Shown piece after piece: positions 8,136-14,439 of a stretch of 35,056 nucleotides of DNA (the stretch's first letter is position 1; the number at the start of each line of letters is the position of its first letter). The translations under genes and the position numbers were made by a program. The stretch lies in IMG/VR virus record IMGVR_UViG_3300037478_000172, positions 1 to 35,056 of that record; one strand, given 5' to 3'. Below the pieces are notes generated by a model. That model saw only the letters and a list, made by a program, of their open reading frames with translations, did not search any database and had not been told where the DNA came from. Source of the stretch: a virus. Lineage: Duplodnaviria > Caudoviricetes.

Positions 8136-8320
8136 GGCGTCGCCTCCGTCGCCTCGGCGTAGGCAGTCATGCGGCGCTCGATCACGTCGGCCTCGGCCCG
8201 TAGCTGAACCGACGTGAACACGAGGCCGAGGATCGTCGCCCGTCGGACGGCGATCGGGAGGTCGTCGAGGGCGTCCGCGGCCTCGCGGAGCGCCGTGATA
8301 GCGCGCTCGGCCCTGGTCAC
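8132..8320 (-). CDS. Hypothetical protein
   Basis: GTGA overlap; 62 aa, helical. Confidence 0.6.
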   Translation of the reverse strand: MTRAERAITALREAADALDDLPIAVRRATILGLVFTSVQLRAEADVIERRMTAYAEATEATP

Positions 8321-8511
8321 GGGAGGGGCCCGTTCTGTCGGTGGGCCCGGAGGTCGGCGGCGAGGTCGGCGTTCTTGCGCGCCTCGTTCCACTCGGAGAA
8401 CCAATCGAGGGTTTCTTTCCGGACTCGGCGGAGCCAGTCGCCCCACAAGAACCCGGCGACGAGGCCGGCGCCGGCGGAGCCGACGGCGGTCACGGTGAGC
8501 CAGATCAGCAC
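8317..8511 (-). CDS. Small membrane-anchored protein
   Basis: ACAGGAGG RBS; N-terminal hydrophobic helix. Confidence 0.7.
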   Translation of the reverse strand: MLIWLTVTAVGSAGAGLVAGFLWGDWLRRVRKETLDWFSEWNEARKNADLAADLRAHRQNGPLP

Positions 8512-8534
8512 GAGATAGCCTCCTGTTGGTCGAG

Positions 8535-8585
8535 GCGCCTCGTCTCCCGGGATCGGTCCATCCGGAGGCGGGGCGCTTTGTGTTG
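8535..8585 (+). terminator. Intrinsic terminator-like hairpin on the antisense (+) strand
   Basis: GCGCCTCGTCTCC...GGAGGCGGGGCGC stem (G.U pairs only on + RNA) followed by TTTGTGTTG. Confidence 0.5.
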
Positions 8586-8861
8586 TCAGGGCGATGGGGC
8601 GACCGGGGGCGCGCTCCCCCGGGCCGGATCAGGGGGTGATTCCGGCCATGCGCTCGGCCCGGTCGCCCCGCGGGCGCCGTCAGGAACGGCGGCGGGCGCC
8701 CCTGACGTCGCCGGCGCGACGGCCGGGTCGGTGGTCGTGCGGGTCGGGGTCGTGTCGCCCGAGCTCGGGCGGTCGACGAGTGCCGCGCCGACGAGAATCA
8801 CGGCGATCGACAGGATGAGGACGGCGCCCACGAGGGCGGCGGCGAGGTTCGAGCGGGTCAC
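8586..8861 (-). CDS. Membrane protein with Pro/Thr/Ala-rich tail
   Basis: GTGA overlap; N-terminal TM then low-complexity tail. Confidence 0.6.
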   Translation of the reverse strand: MTRSNLAAALVGAVLILSIAVILVGAALVDRPSSGDTTPTRTTTDPAVAPATSGAPAAVPDGARGATGPSAWPESPPDPARGSAPPVAPSP

Positions 8862-8980
8862 GAGAACACCTCGACCCAGCGGGCGACCTCGACGACGATC
8901 ACGAGCCACAGGACGAGCCCGAGCGGGACGGCCAACAGGCAGCCGCACCCGGGCGGGGGCGGATCTTCCCGGAACGCCAT
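8858..8980 (-). CDS. Small membrane protein (not in ORF track)
   Basis: Manual translation MAFREDPPPPGCGCLLAVPLGLVLWLVIVVEVARWVEVFS; stop overlaps next start. Confidence 0.6.
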   Translation of the reverse strand: MAFREDPPPPGCGCLLAVPLGLVLWLVIVVEVARWVEVFS

Positions 8981-8983
8981 CGG

Positions 8984-9205
8984 TCATCGTCTCTGTCCGG
9001 GGCGGCGGCCGAGGAGCCGGCGGAGCCGCCAGCGGCGATCGCGGGCCCGCTCGATCCGGCAGGCGAGGAGGATGGTCTCGGTGCTGGCGCGCAGCGCGGC
9101 GGCGTGCAGGGCGTCGGCGTCGGCGGAGAACGGGTCGGGCACGTCGAGGTGTCCGCACTCGTCGGCGACGGCGTCGAGGGCCGCGGCGAGAACGTCGGCC
9201 CTCAC
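8984..9205 (-). CDS. Hypothetical protein
   Basis: GTGA overlap with the HTH gene; 73 aa. Confidence 0.65.
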   Translation of the reverse strand: MRADVLAAALDAVADECGHLDVPDPFSADADALHAAALRASTETILLACRIERARDRRWRLRRLLGRRPGQRR

Positions 9206-9396
9206 GATGCGGCCTCGCGTCGCTGAGCCTCGATCCATCCGAGGATCTCGTCGCGGTCGAACCGGAGGAGGCCGCCGATCTTGTAGTGAGGGATCTTGCG
9301 GCCGTCGACGAGCGTGTGCACGTGCCGACGAGGGCTACCGATCAGCTCGGCGACCTGGTCCGAGTCGATCATCGTTCGGGCGGTCTGGTCGGTCAT
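9202..9396 (-). CDS. Excisionase-family (HTH_17-like) DNA-binding protein in the Cro position
   Basis: QVAELIG....V..LV..RKIPHYKIGGLLRFDRDEI..WIE; first gene of the operon divergent from the repressor. Confidence 0.85.
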   Translation of the reverse strand: MTDQTARTMIDSDQVAELIGSPRRHVHTLVDGRKIPHYKIGGLLRFDRDEILGWIEAQRREAAS

Positions 9397-9404
9397 CAGC
9401 CGAG

Positions 9405-9433
9405 ACCGTATCCATCCGAAACGGACGGGTCAA
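9405..9433 (-). promoter_or_regulatory. Early lytic promoter TTGACC-17-TACGGT, probably leaderless into ATG 9396
   Basis: -35 at 9433-9428, -10 at 9410-9405, ATG 8 nt downstream, no RBS. Confidence 0.65.
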
Positions 9434-9467
9434 CTACTCTCGTACTTGCTACCCGTAAAGTCGGGGC

Positions 9468-9496
9468 TTGACCGGATCAACGGGATACCTGATGAT
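9468..9496 (+). promoter_or_regulatory. Repressor promoter TTGACC-17-GATGAT
   Basis: -35 at 9468-9473, -10-like at 9491-9496, divergent from the lytic promoter. Confidence 0.5.
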
Positions 9497-9535
9497 GTGT
9501 GCTCCGCCGGGCGGACCCTCAGCGGAGTGGCAGGT

Positions 9536-9877
9536 ATGGCGTTCGGAGACCGGCTCGAACTAGAGCTCGAACGGCGAGGGTTCACGCAGCGCGAGCTCGC
9601 ACGCCGCCTCGACGTGAGCCCTCAGGCCGTCAATGGCTGGATGCGGGGCACCTCTCAGCCCTCGTGGGAGCGCCTCGTCAAGCTAGAGGACGTCCTCGAC
9701 CTCCCACGGGGCGAGCTGATGGCACTCCTCGGCTATCGGCCGCCTCCGGACGGCGACGAGCGCCTCGTGACACTTGAGGAGGCGATCCGCGCCGACGAGG
9801 GCATCAGCCCGGAGTCGAAGCGCGCCCTCCTCCGATTCGTGAGACTGGCGCGCGCCGAGGCGGCCGCCGAGGGCTAG
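9536..9877 (+). CDS. XRE-family immunity repressor
   Basis: FGDRL...ERRGFTQRELARRLDVSPQAVNGWMRG...PS...L..L..VL HTH; divergent from the Xis/Cro-like gene. Confidence 0.88.
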   Translation: MAFGDRLELELERRGFTQRELARRLDVSPQAVNGWMRGTSQPSWERLVKLEDVLDLPRGELMALLGYRPPPDGDERLVTLEEAIRADEGISPESKRALLRFVRLARAEAAAEG

Positions 9878-10221
9878 TGCTCGAACAGGTGGACGATCGC
9901 CCGAGAGTGAAGCGACGTCTCGCGTTCGAGCTCCTCGATCCGCTCCTGACGGTCGCGGCCGTCGGCCCGCTCGATGTGGAGCTCGTTCCGGAGGAGCTCG
10001 ACCTCCTCCTCGTGCGCCGCGGCGTCGCGGCGGGCGGAGACCTCCTCGACGACGACGCCGAGGCCCATCAGGAGCCCGCCGAGGAGCACGGCCCACAGGC
10101 GAGCCGGGCCCGGGTCGGCCAGCACGACGGCCGCCGTCGAGAGCGTTCCTCCGCCGAGGAACACAGGTAGCCGGGCGGCCTTGTGTCGCTCGATCCGATC
10201 CGCACGCTCAATGTGGGCCAC
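9874..10221 (-). CDS. Membrane protein (2 TM + coiled coil)
   Basis: Hydrophobic segments followed by EEEVELLRNEL...ERIEELERE; start uncertain (10221 or 10296). Confidence 0.65.
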   Translation of the reverse strand: MAHIERADRIERHKAARLPVFLGGGTLSTAAVVLADPGPARLWAVLLGGLLMGLGVVVEEVSARRDAAAHEEEVELLRNELHIERADGRDRQERIEELERETSLHSRAIVHLFEH

Positions 10222-10320
10222 GTCGCCCCAGCCTTTCGCCGTCGTCGTGGCCTCGATTGCGGGATCGGGGCCGCCCGTCCGTCGGGAGACCGACACTCTG
10301 GTCGCGCCGCCGAGCGTGGG

Positions 10321-11445
10321 TCAATCCCCAACTACGCGCAGCCGGGCGCGCTGAGCTCGGGCGTGCAGGTCGTCGAGGGCGACGGCGACGGCGGCGTCGG
10401 CCGCCGGGTAGAGGTGGCCGTAGGTGTCGAGGTGGATCCCGATCGAGGAGTGGCCGGCTCGGGCCTGTGAGGCTTTCGGGTCGGCGCCGGCGGCGATCGC
10501 CAGACTGACGGCCGTGTGCCGTAGGTCGTGGATCCGGATCCGTGGGAGCTCGGCCTTGTCGAGGGCCCGGCCGAACGTGTTCGAGCGGAACGAGCTCGAC
10601 CTCGGCGGGGTGCCGTTGCGCGTGCAGAACACGAGGCCGTCGGGCCCGGGGGTCGAGTAGCGGTCGAGGTGGCCGCCGAGCTCGTCGGCCACGAACGCCG
10701 GGAGCGTGATCGTCCGCGCCGACCGGGCTTTCGGCTCGACCCGTTCCCACTCGCCCGAGCTCCTCTGCACGAGCTGCTCGCGGATCCGGAGCGTGGCGCC
10801 GTCGACGTGGCGCCGGCGGAGGCCGATCGACTCGGACCAGCGGAGCCCGCCGAACGCCATCACGAGGAGCCACGCCCGGTAGCGAGGGCTGATCGTCTCG
10901 GCCAGGCGGTCGAGCTCGTCGACGTCGAGCACCCGGCGATCGACGGGCGGGATCCGAGGGGGCTCGACGGGCCCGCACGGGTTCCGGGGGATCACGCCCC
11001 GGTCGACGGCGATGCGGAGCATCCGGTGCAGGGTCCGGTAGTGGCGGTGCACCGACGACGGCGCCAAACCCGAACATGCCGGTTTTTCGACCGCAATCGC
11101 GAGCTTTTCCGTCAGATACCGGTCGATGGTGGCGGGGTCGAGGCGGCCGAGCGGGATCCGGCCGAGCTCCGGGAGTATGTAGCGGTCGAGGTCGCGCCGA
11201 TAGGTTTCCCGGGCCCCGGTCGACAGGTTGCGGGCGCCGGCGAGCCACTCGTCGGCCCACTCGGCGAGCGTCGTCCGGGCCCGCCGCGGGTCGACGTAGT
11301 CGCCCCGGGCGATGTCGCCCTGCACCTTCCGGTAGTGAGCTCGGGCGTCGGCCGCCGTGTCGAACGTGCGGCCGACCCGCCGGCCCCACGGGTCGCGGTA
11401 GCGGATCCGAAACTTGCCGGAGGTGAGCCGCTCAGGCTTCGCCAT
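10321..11445 (-). CDS. int: Tyrosine integrase
   Basis: N-terminal arm-binding region (FRIRYRDP.G...TF.T..DA), GLRWSE, K, HDLRH, GH, TYGH catalytic residues intact. Confidence 0.96.
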   Translation of the reverse strand: MAKPERLTSGKFRIRYRDPWGRRVGRTFDTAADARAHYRKVQGDIARGDYVDPRRARTTLAEWADEWLAGARNLSTGARETYRRDLDRYILPELGRIPLGRLDPATIDRYLTEKLAIAVEKPACSGLAPSSVHRHYRTLHRMLRIAVDRGVIPRNPCGPVEPPRIPPVDRRVLDVDELDRLAETISPRYRAWLLVMAFGGLRWSESIGLRRRHVDGATLRIREQLVQRSSGEWERVEPKARSARTITLPAFVADELGGHLDRYSTPGPDGLVFCTRNGTPPRSSSFRSNTFGRALDKAELPRIRIHDLRHTAVSLAIAAGADPKASQARAGHSSIGIHLDTYGHLYPAADAAVAVALDDLHARAQRARLRVVGD

Positions 11446-11635
11446 CGAACAGGCGGCGCAGCGGTCGAGGGAGGGCGGCGATCACGTCGCGCCCTAGCTG
11501 ACGGAGGGCGAGGTCGAGCCGCTTCCACGCGTAGCCGGACGAGCGGCGGAGCACCTCGGCGCCTCGCGGGTCGTCCGCCGGGATGCCGTAGTGCTGTGAC
11601 GCCCATTCGAGAGCCTCGGCGTCGATCTTGTCCAT
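11432..11635 (-). CDS. Hypothetical protein between attP and int
   Basis: CAGGAGG RBS, 67 aa, 14-nt overlap with int. Confidence 0.65.
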   Translation of the reverse strand: MDKIDAEALEWASQHYGIPADDPRGAEVLRRSSGYAWKRLDLALRQLGRDVIAALPRPLRRLFDGEA

Positions 11636-11650
11636 CGGGGCGGGCCTCCT

Positions 11651-11668
11651 GTGACCATCCTGTGACCG
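11651..11668. repeat. Putative integrase arm-type sites (left pair, GTGACCA/GTGACCG, 11-bp spacing)
   Basis: Tandem repeat matched by a similar pair at 11882-11899 on the other side of the core. Confidence 0.6.
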
Positions 11669-11690
11669 TAAAGCTGGTCAGCGACCGTAC

Positions 11691-11720
11691 TTGACGGACT
11701 AACCGTAACAGGTCCATGAT
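11691..11720 (+). promoter_or_regulatory. Promoter TTGACG-18-CATGAT pointing through attP
   Basis: -35 at 11691-11696, -10 at 11715-11720; in-frame GTG at 11728 at the expected +1. Confidence 0.55.
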
Positions 11721-11727
11721 GGCGGCC

Positions 11728-12270
11728 GTGAACCCGAACGACCGCTCGACCAGCAGTTTCGCTGGTCAGAGCTCCGAGGCGGCGGAGGGAATCGAACCCT
11801 CGTCCAGAGCTTTGCAGGCCCTAGCCTCTAACCGCTCCGCCCCTGCTCAGACCGCACGCGACGAGGTCGCCTCGACCGGTCGTGACCACCACGTGACCAC
11901 GGCCGATCGCCTCGCCCGAGGCGAGGCCGTTCCCGGCGGGCCCGGCGCCTGTGCCGACTGTCATCACGCGAAGGTGTGGCATCGGCCTAAGGTCCGGGCC
12001 CGCCCGTGCGAGCGGTGCGACTGCGCCCGGTTCAAGGCCGCGGCCCGAACCGTCGTCGAGGAGTACGCGGCGCACGGCCGCCGGGTCGAGCGGGGCACGG
12101 AGCTCAGCATCGCCGGCGAGCGTGGCCGTTTCCGATTCGTCGCCCACGTCCGCACGGCCGCCGGCGCCGAGTGGATCGACGTCTACGGAGGGCCCGACGG
12201 CCGCCCGGCGAGCCGCTCGTTCACGCCCGACCGGATCCGGACCGTGCACAGGACGACGAGAACCCGCTAG
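11728..12270 (+). CDS. Hypothetical protein (Zn-ribbon-like CxxC..H..C..C.C plus GTELSI.GERGRFRF domain); start either 11728 (through attP) or 11893
   Basis: C-terminal part has clear coding bias and resembles a small actinophage protein family; frame is open across the att core. Confidence 0.65.
   Translation: MNPNDRSTSSFAGQSSEAAEGIEPSSRALQALASNRSAPAQTARDEVASTGRDHHVTTADRLARGEAVPGGPGACADCHHAKVWHRPKVRARPCERCDCARFKAAARTVVEEYAAHGRRVERGTELSIAGERGRFRFVAHVRTAAGAEWIDVYGGPDGRPASRSFTPDRIRTVHRTTRTR
11776..11822 (-). other. attP core: 3' part of tRNA-Cys(GCA)
   Basis: Minus strand AGGGC-CTGCAAA-GCTCT GGAC GAGGG-TTCGATT-CCCTC CGCCGCC T C = anticodon arm, T arm and acceptor 3' strand; no matching 5' acceptor strand; close to the integrase gene. 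Confidence 0.88.
11882..11899. repeat. Putative integrase arm-type sites (right pair, GTGACCA x2)
   Basis: GTGACCAC at 11882 and 11893. Confidence 0.6.
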
Positions 12271-12330
12271 CCGAAGTGGGCCCCGCGCCGAGCGACCGGC
12301 CGGGGCCCAGGCCACCAGGAGGAAACCCTG

Positions 12331-12540
12331 ATGACAGACACGAACGTACCGCCCGGGATCGGCGTGCAACTAAGCGTCGCGGTCGCCGGCCGAATCCGAG
12401 TGAACCTCGTCGGCGACCGGGTCGTCGTGGCGTTCGGCGACGACCTGTACCTGATGGGCGATCCCGCCGCCGTGCACGAACTCGTCGTCGAGGCCGACCG
12501 GCAGCTAACTCACCTCCGCCGCAACGGAGGCCGGACGTGA
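12331..12540 (+). CDS. Hypothetical protein
   Basis: AGGAGG RBS, 69 aa. Confidence 0.75.
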   Translation: MTDTNVPPGIGVQLSVAVAGRIRVNLVGDRVVVAFGDDLYLMGDPAAVHELVVEADRQLTHLRRNGGRT

Positions 12541-12692
12541 GGCCCGCCGACCGCGACCGACTGATGGCTATCGCCGCATGGGCGCGCGGCAAGGCGTGCC
12601 ACGAGTGTCAGGACGGGATCGCCGTCGAGCACGACGGTTGCGCCCGAGCCCTTGAGATAGCGGCCGAGCTCGAACGGATCGCCGGCCAGTGA
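12537..12692 (+). CDS. Small Cys/His protein (CHEC...H.GC)
   Basis: GTGA overlaps at both ends; 51 aa. Confidence 0.6.
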   Translation: MRPADRDRLMAIAAWARGKACHECQDGIAVEHDGCARALEIAAELERIAGQ

Positions 12693-12811
12693 CCTCCGCC
12701 GTCGTCGTCCTCGTCGCCGGCGCCATCGCCGCCGAAACCCTCGCGGTCGGGCTCGTCGAGCTCGGCCTCGCCATCCGGGCGGTACATCGCCGCCTCACAC
12801 AGACAGGAGCA

Positions 12812-13267
12812 ATGACCATGACCCGAATCCGCCTAGCCGGCCTCGTCCTCGTGGCCGGAGCGTTCGTGCTCGGCGCGTGCGCCTCCGAGGCCGACGAGAA
12901 CCCGCTCACAGGCGAGCCCGTCGGCGAGGAGCCGACCGCCGTCGACGAGCCCGCCGAGGGCCCGATCACGAACTCAGGGAACGAGGAGAACCCGCCCACG
13001 GCCGACGTCACGCTCACGAGGTGCGAGCCCGACGACTTCGGTTTCGCCGTCGCCGGCGGCGTCATCACGAACAACTCCTCGGAGCCCTCGACGTACTCGA
13101 TCACGGTCGAGGTCGTCGACGGCGCCGGCGTCCGCTATGGCGAGGGCTACGCGGGCTCCTCGGCCGTCGCCCCGGGTCAACAGGTCGAGTGGGAGAGCTT
13201 CGGCGCCGAGGAGCTCCGACCGGGCTCGACGTGCAACGTGACACAGGTCGAGCGGTTCGCCTCGTAG
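12812..13267 (+). CDS. Lipoprotein with Ig-like (FxLYD-like) domain; candidate superinfection exclusion
   Basis: AGGAG RBS, signal peptide with lipobox LGAC, acidic linker, ITN.S....Y.ITV...D..G.......V.PGQ fold pattern; frame also open from GTG 12689. Confidence 0.8.
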   Translation: MTMTRIRLAGLVLVAGAFVLGACASEADENPLTGEPVGEEPTAVDEPAEGPITNSGNEENPPTADVTLTRCEPDDFGFAVAGGVITNNSSEPSTYSITVEVVDGAGVRYGEGYAGSSAVAPGQQVEWESFGAEELRPGSTCNVTQVERFAS

Positions 13268-13289
13268 CCGCACCCGAGCTCAGACGCGC

Positions 13290-13321
13290 AGAAAGCCCCG
13301 GGCCTGAGCCCGGGGCTTTCT
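13290..13321. terminator. Bidirectional intrinsic terminator
   Basis: AGAAAGCCCCGGGC-CTGA-GCCCGGGGCTTTCT perfect inverted repeat between convergent lipoprotein and holin genes. Confidence 0.88.
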
Positions 13322-13347
13322 CATGCCCGATCCCGCAGAACCGGAAG

Positions 13348-13545
13348 CTAGCTCGCCGGCGAGACGAAATGCCGGACCAGAGCCATCGCGACGGCCGAGC
13401 CGACGGCCGTCCACGAGGCCGAGGCCGGCAGGTCGGCGATCGCCGGAGCGACCACGCCGCCCACCAGGGCGACCAGAGCGGCGGCCGTGGCGACGGGCTC
13501 GCGGCCCTTGAGCCATGCGAGAGCGCGCTTCACCGCGTTGAGCAT
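13348..13545 (-). CDS. Holin-like membrane protein
   Basis: AGGAGG RBS; REPVA...2 TM...VRHFVSP pattern of actinophage holins; last gene of the late operon. Confidence 0.75.
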   Translation of the reverse strand: MLNAVKRALAWLKGREPVATAAALVALVGGVVAPAIADLPASASWTAVGSAVAMALVRHFVSPAS

Positions 13546-13775
13546 CGGAGTTTCCTCCTGTTGGTAAGCGACCAGAGCGACGCCCAACGGCAGTCGGGCT
13601 CGTGCTGGTCGAGGTCTAGGAACACGTGCCGGGCCCAGCCGCGGACGCCCGAGCTCCGCCAGGCGGCGAGCCACGAGGGCACGTAGCCGGCGTCGATCCC
13701 GGCCCGCTTGAACAGGCCGAGCTCTTTCGAGGAGCGGCCGCCGCGGGGTGCGGGCCGCTTCGGCTTATCGCACAT
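13530..13775 (-). CDS. Hypothetical protein
   Basis: 81-aa ORF with high GC3; overlaps holin start. Confidence 0.45.
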   Translation of the reverse strand: MCDKPKRPAPRGGRSSKELGLFKRAGIDAGYVPSWLAAWRSSGVRGWARHVFLDLDQHEPDCRWASLWSLTNRRKLRCSTR

Positions 13776-13862
13776 GGCGGCGGAGCCAGCCGGTGAGCTC
13801 GTGCAGGCGATGCCAGCGCGAGCCGCACCGGTTCGAGACGAGACACATAGGTCAGGGCCTCC

Positions 13863-13937
13863 TCAGGGGGCGAACAGGTAGACGAGAGTCCAAACGGCGG
13901 CGACGACGAGGGCGGCGACGACGAGGACTCGGATCAC
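13863..13937 (-). CDS. 24-aa membrane micropeptide
   Basis: Manual translation VIRVLVVAALVVAAVWTLVYLFAP. Confidence 0.45.
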   Translation of the reverse strand: MIRVLVVAALVVAAVWTLVYLFAP

Positions 13938-13943
13938 GGCCGG

Positions 13944-14171
13944 TCAGCACTCCAACTCGACGGCGAGGCGGGCGCGGGCGTCGTCGAGCTCCTCGTCGTC
14001 GAGCTCGAACTCGTGGCCGAGGAACACGGCGAACCGGTCGAGCGACTCACAGATCCGGGCGTCACGCTCCGACGCGCGCTGAGTGTTCTCCCAAACCGTC
14101 GCGCCGGTCGCCGCGGACAGGAGACACGCCCACACGACGGCGACCGCGGCCACGAGCCGCGGGACGTTCAC
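13944..14171 (-). CDS. Single-TM membrane protein in lysis cassette
   Basis: GTGA overlap; N-terminal TM, C-terminal helical domain with two Cys. Confidence 0.65.
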   Translation of the reverse strand: MNVPRLVAAVAVVWACLLSAATGATVWENTQRASERDARICESLDRFAVFLGHEFELDDEELDDARARLAVELEC

Positions 14172-14245
14172 CGCGGCCACGTCCACAGGAGGTAGGCGAC
14201 GACGAGGGCGCCGTCGTAGGCGCAGAGGGCCACGAGGCGCCTCAT
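14168..14245 (-). CDS. 25-aa membrane micropeptide
   Basis: MRRLVALCAYDGALVVAYLLWTWPR; ATGA and GTGA overlaps at both ends. Confidence 0.5.
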   Translation of the reverse strand: MRRLVALCAYDGALVVAYLLWTWPR

Positions 14246-14433
14246 GGCCGCTTGACCGCGGACACGAGGAGCCGGATCGCCTCCGGCAGGCCGAGGCCCG
14301 CCAGGACGAACAGGAGGACGTAGGGCTGAGCTGTGTCCCGGAGGAGGAGCTCCCGGACGCCGGCGGCCGTCGCTAGCGACACACGGAGAACCCGCTCGAC
14401 GGTCGACAGAGACGGCCATCGGAGACGACTCAC
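14242..14433 (-). CDS. Small membrane protein (holin-like/lysis accessory)
   Basis: Directly after endolysin; two hydrophobic segments, ..GLGLP.. motif. Confidence 0.65.
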   Translation of the reverse strand: MSRLRWPSLSTVERVLRVSLATAAGVRELLLRDTAQPYVLLFVLAGLGLPEAIRLLVSAVKRP

Positions 14434-14439
14434 CCGTCA

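Noticed and set aside
83-9471. Long plus-strand ORFs (e.g. 652..1527, 3597..4805, 5389..6522, 8341..9471)
   Set aside because: Antisense shadows of tightly coupled minus-strand genes in GC-rich DNA; Arg/Pro/Gly-rich with no motifs.
9536-11822. Classical integration-dependent immunity (attP within repressor)
   Set aside because: The repressor ends at 9877, about 1.9 kb from the att core, and would not be truncated by integration.
11770-11850. Complete phage-encoded tRNA-Cys gene
   Set aside because: The 5' acceptor strand (needs GGCGGCG) is absent and there is no CCA; this fits an att core, not a functional tRNA.
8519-13565. 12-bp repeat ACCAACAGGAGG (8519-8530, 13554-13565) as an operator
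   Set aside because: Both copies sit at RBS distance from start codons; most simply a strong Shine-Dalgarno context.
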